NCBI GenBank assembly: GCA_951406725.2
Contig: OX597819.1
Span: 99,200,001-99,264,000, forward strand
Direction: 5' to 3'
Origin: Octopus vulgaris
Taxonomy: Eukaryota
DNA: 64,000 nt
A program made the translations under genes and the position numbers. Positions 53,101 through 64,000 of this stretch are shown here, piece after piece; position 1 is the stretch's first letter, and each line of letters opens with the position of its first letter. The notes below the pieces were generated by a model. The model worked only from the letters and a program-made list of their open reading frames with translations, had not been told where the DNA came from and searched no databases.

Positions 53101-54742
53101 ACATAGAGCCAATAGTTGGAAAGTATATGTGGATTTGAAGGAAGCACTCATGACTTCAAGCTATATTTAATAATGAAACAATGCCCTGACTTTTTGGTGT
53201 GGTCTGATTTGACAGAAAAACATTGTAATCATTCAGGGGGCAGTGCCTTGTGAAGGTTGTACGGAATGTGTGCATCAATGATAGAGTCTAAATTATAAAA
53301 GACTTAGGGAATGATATAAAGCATGAAAACATTTACAGTGGTTCCAGCGGAGATGCAACCTCATGGACTTGTAGCTAGATCTGCAATGTTTCACTTGGCT
53401 ACCATCGCACTTTACTATGAGAAGAGGAACTGGTGAATTGGAGAGGGAAGCAGAAAATGTGGCGCCATGAGAAGGGAAAAATCCCATTGGTGAGGGCCAA
53501 AGTGTAAATTCTCAGTGAATGTTAAGATAAACTGGTTGTTGCATGGTTGGAGCGGTTGCAGCTGCGTTCAGTTAGTTCTTGTAGGTATATAAATGATGGC
53601 GGAGTGGGTTGTAGGGTGGGGAACTCTTGTTGCAGAATGGATTAAAAGAACTTTGATGAGTTGTGCTAGTTTCAGTGTTCCCAGAAGATGCCGAAATTGT
53701 TGACATTTCCAGTCGACTGGCTATAAAGAGAATGTCCTGCAGTGCAATCTGTATGTAAATTTTATTTTCTATAGGAGTGGCTGTGTGGTAAGAAGCTTCC
53801 TTCCCAACCACATAGTTCCAGGTTCAATCCCACTGCGTGTCATCTTGTGCAAATGTCTTCTACTATAGCCTCGGGCCGACCAAAACCTTGTTAGTGGATT
53901 TGTTAAATGGAAACTGAAAGAAGCCCGTCGTTTATATATATGCGTGTATATTTGTGTGTCTGTGTTTGTCCCCCCAATAGCGCTTGACAACCGATGTTGG
54001 TGTGTTTACGTCCCCGTAACTTAGCGGTTCGTCAAAAGAGACCGATAGAATAAGTACTAGGCTTACAAAGACTAAGTCATGCGTGTATGTACATGTATAC
54101 GCAGGATTTTGTTTGTTTTGGTAGAATCCTTTGAGTTATCAATTTCACTTAATTAAATATTTACATCTCACCAAATGGATTACTTTCTTTTGTTGACCTC
54201 AACAACAACGGAACAGTGCATTGCACCTGTGTGCGCGCGCACACACACATGCATGCATACATATATACATATATATATGCATACATATTAATAATATATA
54301 TACATACATATATATATATATTTATATATGGGTCCTTGGTGTCACCAACTGTGCAAACAAAATGAAATAAGTAAACACCGAGAAAGGACCCTTCATCAGT
54401 TGTCGGCTGTCTATGTACTCCTCATTTCGAGCATTCGACGATGACTCTTTTATGAGTCTTCAAAGACAGTTGTCCCCATATATATATATATATATATATA
54501 AGCATTTTTTGCGTAATAAGATAAAAAAACCAAGGCTGTATAGATATTAGAGCATGCTCTAATATCTATACAACCTTGGTGTTTTATCTTATTACGCAAA
54601 AAATTCTTATATACACATGCTGACATAACCAACGCTTGAACCCTTTATTCGCAATATTACCGAATCTGAAATTTAACTATGGTCTGTCTATAGCACTTAT
54701 TCAGCATTACCTGACACCTTTGGGTCTCAATGACACTACTAT

Positions 54743-54958
<216 letters not shown>

Positions 54959-55733
54959 AACTGAAAATTGGGTTAGAGTGCGTGAGTATGTACGATGTGG
55001 CGAAAGTTGATCAAATGAGTACAAATTAAGGTAAGTTAAAAAAAGAAACGAAAAGAATAAAAGAAAAAGCATCAGGTAAAAAAAAAGTAAGAAACAAAAC
55101 AAAATCCAATCTGTTTGCGTCAACTGCAACTTAGAGCAAAGTAGGTATTTGTGGTGATGTAGGAGTGTAATACAACCACACAGCATCCATCTGAGATATT
55201 AAGATTGAATCAATAATGAAGTGATTTATCAGTAGCATGTGGTCAGTGTTGCATAAAACCAACAGGTTACTTGACGCCGTAGTTCTTGTAGAGACTTGCC
55301 ACCGAATAAAACTGGATTCTGTAGCTGTTTCTCTTACCATTTGTGACTTCTTGTTCTAAGGATTTAATACTATGTTCGTTAGTAATTCCTGCTCAGTGCC
55401 GATACATTTAATCGTCTTAGTGGCCATTTCCGCAGGTAAACAATATTTAAATATTCTTATTGACACAAGTTCTGTGTAAATGCACGCGTACCTTGCAAAT
55501 ATATAAAAACCTACATATATGCGCGCGTGTGCACACACACACACACATGCACATTCACACACACGCATAGACACGCACATATATATGAAGACGCACATGC
55601 ACCACACGCACATATATACATGTATGTATGTATGTGTATATAACACATATACTATATACTATATGTATATCTATACATATGTATATATATATTTACATAC
55701 AAATTTATATATACATATATGCATGTCAAATGT

Positions 55734-55828
<95 letters not shown>

Positions 55829-55918
55829 TATCATGATATATCATATATTATATATATACATATAATATATATAATATATATAATATACGTATACTTTATA
55901 TATACTTACACACACACG

Positions 55919-56205
55919 CAGTGGTGCACTGGGTCTAAAAATATTGGTTGCCAGGAGATTAAAGGGGGCCACCCGTATCTACAATGCTATCATTTTTTTT
56001 TTATTGTTAAAAGTATTCTTTTCAACTGTCTACAAACGCAGCCAGGCTGAAATAATGAATGCATTCTTCCAGGAGTGAATAAAAAATTCTCAAATTTGAG
56101 GGGATGGGTCCCTAGATACTAAAATGTACCACTCTATATAGATTCTAATGGTGCAGGGGCACACTTGCCATCGGGCAACCTGGCAACCTGGCCAGTCCGC
56201 CACTG
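55919..56205. mobile_element. hAT-like MITE
   Basis: TIRs CAGTGGTGCACTGG / CCAGTCCGCCACTG; no clear TSD. Confidence 0.55.
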
Positions 56206-57000
56206 CACCACCACCCCAACATATATATATGTATGCATCATATGTGTTCATATGTGTGCGTGTGTTGTGTATACTCCAACACACTCATGCGCATACATAT
56301 AAAATACAAACACATACGCATATACACGAACAACTATAAAGGCATGGATAGATACGCTTTTCGTCTTTCATCTTCTTTCTGTGCGTGTGTGCGTGTCTGT
56401 GTTTAAACAATGCTTTTATGTTGTTTAATATACCCGTATTCCTCTTTGTTACATGCCATTGTTCACGATCACGTTACATGCCTCTCTCCTATTTTCATTC
56501 CATTTATGCAAATTACACCGTAAATGTGTTCTACTCCCTTTTTTTGTATATATCTAAGTGTCTCGTTTGCCGAACAGAGGTATGATAATTACCGATGATG
56601 CTTGTTGATATAGTAATACGTGTCCATAGTTCTCCTCTTTCCTTCAGAAAATCGGTCTATTCCCTAAGGGCATGTCATGAACTATCCTCCTTATGTGAAA
56701 TTAATCCTAATCGCTTCCAGTTGATTGGTCAGCACTGCACGTTCTGGACGAGGAGCTAAGTTTATAAAATTTATCCGGAATGTTATGTAATGTACCATAT
56801 TCGAAATCTGTTAGCTAAATACATGCCAGAAGAAAATCTTCCTTATTTCTCCTATCGCATTTCCGTTTCGTGCGCGCACACATACGCACGCACGCAATGT
56901 CTTAACAAACGAAAAGTTGATAGTTCGAAGAAGGCAACTGAATCGAATCTTTGTTGGCATATTACAACATATTTCTAAATGAGCTTTCAATTAATGCTTG

Positions 57001-57045
<45 letters not shown>

Positions 57046-57048
57046 CAC

Positions 57049-57095
<47 letters not shown>

Positions 57096-57110
57096 CTTAC
57101 ATACATACAT

Positions 57111-58017
57111 GATGGCTGCCCCCTCGTTATCGAGTATGGCCATTGCACGAAGCTTAACTGTTATTGGTGCTGTGATCGAATGTGACCTTTTAACCCAGCT
57201 AAAGATCTACAATGTCTTGTACAGAATTGGCAGCTAAGACCTTTACCGGCAATAGCCGGCTGTAGTTGTAACTGGGCTTCATGTACCTTTGCATGTCGTT
57301 TAAGTCCTCCTGCCGAATTACACTCTCTTCCACATGCCTGACAGATATGATTAGTATGGTGTGTAACACCACCACCAGTGCCCAGGTTGTCCCTCATCTG
57401 TCTCACTTTATGACTACGAAGATGACTCGTGAGTCCAGCTTTACTGAAGCAGGGTCTTGCACAGATACTGGATGTCAGCATCATAGGAAGACCCTTCCCA
57501 TCTGGAAGTGTAACAGCGATGCCCTTTCTGACACTCCTTCTTTCTTTCTCATGCGCAGCTCGAGATTTCTCAAAAGTAGTTGTCCCCTCGTGCACAATCC
57601 TTCTCCACCTGCTACGATCAATAGCTATGCCCTCTCATGTGTCAGGAGAGATGCAAGCATCTCTTAAGGAAACCTTCAACAAGTCCTTATACCTCTGTTT
57701 TAGTTTATGTGGGAGTGACTCTCCTTTAGCTAACTCTCCATAAAAGAGTTGTTTTGGCATCCTTAAATCCTTCATCCTGACCAGATGACCACTCCATCTG
57801 AGCCTTTGCGTTAACACAAGAGCTTCTATAATTTTGCACCGAGAGCCTTCCAATATTTCAAGATCACTGATGCGATCCTCTCACTTAATGTCGTAGATCC
57901 GTCTGAGACACATCTGATGGAAACGTTCCAGTTGTTTAAGGTGGTATCGATATGTGACCCACGTCTCGCGGGCATAGAGAAGAGAAGGGAGCACACATGC
58001 CTTGTACACCTTTATCT
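57111..58017 (-). mobile_element. 5'-truncated RTE-clade LINE with three C-terminal C2H2 zinc fingers
   Basis: VYKACVLPSLLYARETW, LERFHQMCLRRI, RLRWSGHLVRM...MPKQLFYGEL, DRSRWR, then three CxxC..HxxxH-type motifs. Flanked by (TACA)n on both sides. Confidence 0.92.
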
Positions 58018-58276
58018 TTATACATACATACATACATACATACATACATACATACATACATACATACATACATACACACATACATACATAAGTTTGGCGT
58101 GATTAGAACTCTGAATGTAAAGTCTCATATCTTAAAACACAAAATGTATTTTTGTCGTTGTTCTACTGATTCTGGTCTAGATTTTATGCATGAGCAGAAC
58201 TAAATGAGCTTACTATGGTGCTATGGTGCATTTGAATGGAAATTTACATTGTTACGGAAGTAAACGTTAGAACTTA

Positions 58277-58327
<51 letters not shown>

Positions 58328-59067
58328 AATTCTTTCCTTCTTTCTATCAGCCCTTTCACACTTCGTTCATTCCACTCTTCGTTCTTTCGTTTCCCCTCTC
58401 TCACATTTCCTGGCTTTCTCTTAATGCTCACTTTCCCTCTTTCACTTCGCTGTGCGCCTTTCATTTTTCTCCCCCTCCTTAATTCTTCTATTCCTCTGCC
58501 TCTACCTCTCTCTCATCTCTCCCAATCTAACTGGTGTTCGGCCAGGCCTGACCTTTCTTTTCTTGGTTGGACTACTTTCCATGCAACATCTATATTCCTT
58601 CCTGTGCTTACTAAATCTTATGACCCTGCCGTAAGGCTTTACTTCCACACACGCCAGCTTAATTTAATTCGTCCTTAGTCGAAAGACACATGTTGTTTTG
58701 TACTGTTATTTTTATTTGTGTAACATTTTCTCTGTTTTTTTCCGTCCTTGTTTTCGTATACATTCGCTGCTTTCTTCCAAGGAATGTAATGCTTTTAGTT
58801 TATTTTTCCCTTGGAGCTGGCTAGATTGGAGTAATATTGAGTATAACCAGCCGAAATTGCAAAGATAATCTGGAACTCGACTGAGGATAGAAAACTCTGA
58901 ATGATCCGTCCTTGTTTTCCTTATATCGTCTGTCTGGATATTTTACGGTCCATTTTTGGTTTCACCCGTCTGGATGTATTGCGTTCTCGTCCCATTTTTA
59001 TATTATATATATATCAGATAAAGTGGGTGGCTCATTAGCAATTTAACAACCTAAAGGCAAATTAATA

Positions 59068-59277
59068 GAGTTCACTAAAGTGACTGAGGGTGCTAATTAG
59101 TATCAGTATTGCTAGAAATAAAAGTCAATACAACTCAAAAGCCACAAATCACTATATCTTAATGACTGACAAGGGAAAGTCAGTCAGTAATATAGTGCTT
59201 TGTAGCTTTTGGGTTGTATTGACTTTTTTCTAGTAATACTGGTACTAATTAGCACCCTCAGTCACTTTAGTGAACTC
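59068..59277. repeat. ~210-bp palindrome
   Basis: About 100-bp arms GAGTTCACTAAAGTGACTGAGGG...TGACTGAC around the loop AAGGGAAA. Confidence 0.95.
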
Positions 59278-59281
59278 AATA

Positions 59282-59321
<40 letters not shown>

Positions 59322-59508
59322 ATTAGTGAATGGAAGAAATGGAGTTGAAGATTGTACAGAATTCCTTTTATTACATTCTACACATTGCACGGTTGCAACA
59401 CCAAATGGTCTTATCTCCAACCGTGCTTTTTTCTGCTGTGATTTTTGCTACCCAGGTATCGGTTAAACTTTTGAATAATCTGTAACAAGAAAATTCATCT
59501 TTCTATTT

Positions 59509-59578
<70 letters not shown>

Positions 59579-60264
59579 GTATGTATATATTCAGTTTCCA
59601 TCTACCAAACTCACTCACCAGGCTTTAGCGTACCCGAGACTATTGTAGAAGACAGTAGCTGAAGATGCCACTCAGTGGGAATGAGCCTGGAACCATGTGG
59701 TTTGGAAGCAAACTTCTTACCAGAAAGTCACGCCTGCGCTTACATACAAACATGCACTCCACACACAAACACACATACACACACACACACATACACACAA
59801 ACACACTCACACACACACACACAAACACACATACATACACATAGTGAAAAGGAGATAGAAATTGGAAGAAATGAAAGCTGGTTCTACAAAATAGTTATTG
59901 TTATTGTATTAAGTCGTGGATAATTGTCGGGTGCATATGGAAAATGCCAGTGCAATTGGGATTATGTGCATGCTTCTGCTTTATTTCTTTATTGATTTCT
60001 ATTAATAATTTACTCCTTTTCCACCCATTTTCTTTTTACTGTTTGCTTACATAAATTTTCTATATAATTATTATTATTCGCTATTTTTATTGTATTATTC
60101 TCAAATATACACTTGATGTACCTTGAAATATAGAAATATTACTTCGTACTATTCAGAGTATAATTTAAATATACAGGACACATCTTTGACGTATTTCCCG
60201 TCAAGTTTTATTGTTAAAAGACGTGAATTTCAGGGACGTTGGTGAAGATTTGCGCAGATAAATA

Positions 60265-61552
60265 TTGGGTTGGCAACTAAGTTCTCGCTGCTTATTTAAA
60301 TTTTGGAATTTATTGCGTTTTTAAATTTTGGATTCCATTTTTTTCGAGAATTCTATTTTTGAATCATTTTGGAATCTATTTTTTTTTCTCGTTAATTTTA
60401 GTTAATTTTTGTTTGTTTTCAGATCATTAAACTGGAATGTCAAGTTAAGAAAACCGAGCATTTTCGACACCTCCTTCTTTTTGCTTTTAATCAAGGTTCT
60501 AAGGCCGCAAAAGCTGCTCGCGACATTTGTGCTGTGTATGGAGAGGGTGCCATAGCTGAAAGAACCGCTCGTGATTGGTATGCCAAGTTCAAAAATGGAA
60601 ATGTTGACCTCAAAGACGCACCTCGTTCTGGCCGTCCAGTTGAGTTCGATGAAGAGCGATTAAACCAACTTTTGCACGAAAATTCTCGTCAAACGACAAG
60701 GGAACTGGCAGAGAAAATGAAATGCTACCACACTGCTATAGAGAAGCATCTTCACTCGATGGGAAAGATTCAGAAGTATGGAGCATGGGTTCCGCATGCT
60801 TTAAGTGACAGCAACAAAAATCAACGAGCCACAATCTTCGCTGGTTTGCTTGCTCGTCACCGCTCAACTCATGGACACAAGCAACGATTTCTTTACCGAA
60901 TCGTTACTGGCAACGAAAAATGGTGCCTGTACATCAATATGAAGCAGCATAAGGGATGGCTTAGCCCAAGTAAATAAGCGATACCACGCGTGAAACAAGA
61001 TCTTCATCCGCGTAAAACGATGTTGTGCGTATAGTGGGACTGGGAAGGGATTATCCATTACGAATTACTTGAATGGAACTAAACGGTCAACGCAGGACTG
61101 TATGTTCAACAGATGGAACGACTCAACACTGATATTCAAGAGAAAAGACCTAATCGGCAGCATGGAGTTCTTCTGCTTCACGACAACGCCTGCCCTCATA
61201 TCGCCAATATGACCAAGGAAGCCATTCAAACGCATGGCTGGGAAGTGATGCCACTCCCGCCGTACTCTCCTGATTTGGCACGAACGGATTTCCACCTCTT
61301 TCGATCTCTTTCAAATGCTATGCGCCGAGTTTCGTTCAATACTGATACAGAATTGAGAGCTTGGTTGGATCAATTTTTCGAGTCGAAATCTGGTGATTTC
61401 TACCAACGAGGTATTGAAAATTTGTTGAACGTTGGGAAGAAGGTGTAAACAACAAAAGTGAATACATTATTGATCAATTAGTTGTTATTCTTTATTAAAC
61501 CTTTTAAAAATTTAAATTTAAAAAAACGGCGGGAACTTAGTTGCCAACCCAA
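60265..61552 (+). mobile_element. Full-length mariner (D,D34D) with a disrupted transposase
   Basis: TIRs TTGGGTTGGCAACTAAGTTC / GAACTTAGTTGCCAACCCAA with TA TSDs. Motifs WVPHAL, IVTGNEKW, HDNA, YSPDLARTDFHLF. Start codon lost; several in-frame stops. Confidence 0.96.
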
Positions 61553-62012
61553 TAGTAATCTAAAAACTTCAAACAATAGAACACTTGATACTGCAAATTA
61601 GAAGAGAAATATAAGTAATGTAAGCTTGTGTGACAACGTGGGAGAATCTACAGAAGAGTATTGTGTTATGTTTGTTACACTAGCTGATAGAAATCTACAT
61701 TAATATGACGCAGTTTCAAGCTTAGAAAATGACATTTGTTGGTTTTTCTGTATACCACATGTTATTTGTAAGGGTGCATGGCTTCCTAACCAGGGTGTTG
61801 CACTCACGATCGCTAGATCCTGTTTTCAACTCTTGGAGTGGGTGGTGTTTTGTGTTCTTGAGCAAAATACCTCATCTTACGCTACTCTGAGATCACTTCG
61901 ACATCCGACGCGTTGATCACTGTGCACCTGTACAGTCAATGTCGATTAGATTGATTGATTGATGGATTGATTGATGATTGAGAGAGAGAGAGAGATGGAG
62001 AGAGAGAGAGAA

Positions 62013-62057
<45 letters not shown>

Positions 62058-62764
62058 AGTGTACAGCACAAACATTTTATGGTTATAAAAAAATCATTAT
62101 TGTAGATTGTTCAGTCAAAAATTGCAGAACCGTCTTTCACGGACTACAAGAGACTACTACCATATGCTATTGTTGCCACCTTTGATGTTGCCTTTGTTTT
62201 TGCTGTTGCTGTTGTTTTTGTCGATGTCATTGATGGTCGTGGGTTTGTTGCTGTCGTTGTCTGTAGTACCTGTCGATGTTTCTGTTGGCAAGTTCAGAAT
62301 CAGCCTAAATCAAGTAGACCCGGGTTTAAAGGAACTCCAGCCTTGACCATATTACTCGTCTTACATATCCTGCGCTACATTACCCAGCATGTCTTTTTTC
62401 TCTTACTTAAAGACGTTGTGACTCAGGGTGATTGTTGGTTGCAATTACTAGCAAGTCGAACGACCATGAGTTTTCCCTCATTCACTCATCTTCATATTAT
62501 ATATTTAAGTATATATAATTGATTGTGTATATACGTGTATGTTGTTGTTTGGCCCGTGTTCAGTTCCTCATTCCAGTAAAGCAACGATTAAAAACATCTT
62601 AATAGGGAGCACCTTCTTTTTATTCCTGATATAACGTATCTAGCTTGGTATTATCTTACTTGATCTGCCAGATTTTTAAAGAAAGCGATAATGTATAGTT
62701 TTGGGGTGATATGGAGCCTGCTTGTGAGTGAATTTGGTAGGCATAAACTGGGCGAAAGCTCATT

Positions 62765-62816
<52 letters not shown>

Positions 62817-63043
62817 TTCGAAACGCAGAGTAGATGAAACAGGGACAACTGAAGAAGGGGGCTATTTCTTGTGCTGTATGTCTTGTTTCTCTGTTTTTTC
62901 GTTGTTTGAAAAAAGTTCCTTTCTATGTTTTTGTTTTATGTTTTCATTTCTCATTGTGTTCAACGTTTTTTTTATGTCCTGTACCCATATATGCATGTAT
63001 ATATATATATACATATATGTGTGTGTGTATGTATTTATATATG

Positions 63044-63143
<100 letters not shown>

Positions 63144-63160
63144 TAAATACATAGACACAC

Positions 63161-63211
<51 letters not shown>

Positions 63212-64000
63212 TATAAATATTTGGTAAAGAAAAGATTCGCAGTTACTTTTGAGTTTTGGTTGCATAGCTTTAATCGGACTGTAAATTACTTTGGTTTACC
63301 AAAACTTATACATCGTTATCCGGCTGCAAGGTAGGTGTGATATAACAGTATATTTTGTGGTATATAAAAATCCGTCTTTATGGATGGTTTGATTGGTTGT
63401 GCGGAAAATATGAGTTTTAAATTGAAAAATGAGGAAGAGAAAGCGCTAATGATAAGAGCAAGATAACGAACACTTAAAACGTGAGAGATAAAAGGAAGGA
63501 CTAGTATGGAAACTATTTTTGTTACGAAAGGGATTATTGATTCTTTATATGTTAATGTATATATAGATATACCGTAGTTACTTGATATTTGATTTGTATA
63601 GGAGTGCCTGTCACAGACGGACCACAGGCAAGCTTCATTCAGTGATTTGTGTTAAGGTGCTTTGTTTAGTCTCATAATGTGGTTAACAATAATAAATCTA
63701 ATAATAACATGTAAACAATAAATAACACCTTTTTTGTCAGTCAGATAGTTTCTATATAGGTTTAGTTGTAATACCAGGAAAAGTGCTTCTAGTATCCCTT
63801 CCTTTTTACCTGTACACTTTAAGTGCTTGATTTCTTCCTCTCTTTCCTCTTTCCTTCCTCTACAACTCCTTATTCTAAAAGTCTCTGAAACCCTTATTCC
63901 CCTCTACACTATTGTATTATTCATTAAGACTTATTTATATAGCACAAAAATATACTGTGGTACTTTACAGTGAAATCGTTTCAGACCCACAAATGGCATT

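Noticed and set aside
57161-57595. Host C2H2 zinc-finger gene
   Set aside because: In frame with RTE ORF remnants, lacks TGEKP linkers, and ends in a LINE-like 3'UTR.
60534-61448. Active transposase or SETMAR host gene
   Set aside because: In-frame stops, lost ATG, first catalytic Asp changed to Asn, no SET domain, and bounded by TIRs.

Overview
AT-rich, microsatellite-dense eukaryotic DNA. The SINE, LINE and microsatellite make-up points to an octopus (coleoid cephalopod) genome; this is an inference, not a database result. Almost all listed ORFs are microsatellite or transposon artefacts. The window contains: several tRNA-derived SINE families; decayed Tc1/mariner, pogo and Helitron elements; CR1-like, Tx1-like, RTE and Penelope-like fragments; a ~9.5-kb head-to-tail pile of R4/Dong-type RLE retrotransposon fragments (29-38.4 kb), one split by a probable solo LTR; an orphan 28S rRNA fragment starting at the R2 target site; a non-coding retroposon sitting only in (TAA)n tracts; and many hammerhead-ribozyme-like motifs, one inside a tRNA-headed SINE. 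The only host-gene evidence is a signal-peptide-like minus-strand exon at 16.3 kb plus weaker candidate exons. Repeats left of ~14 kb have lost most CpGs, which fits a methylated gene body. Coordinates of decayed repeats are approximate.
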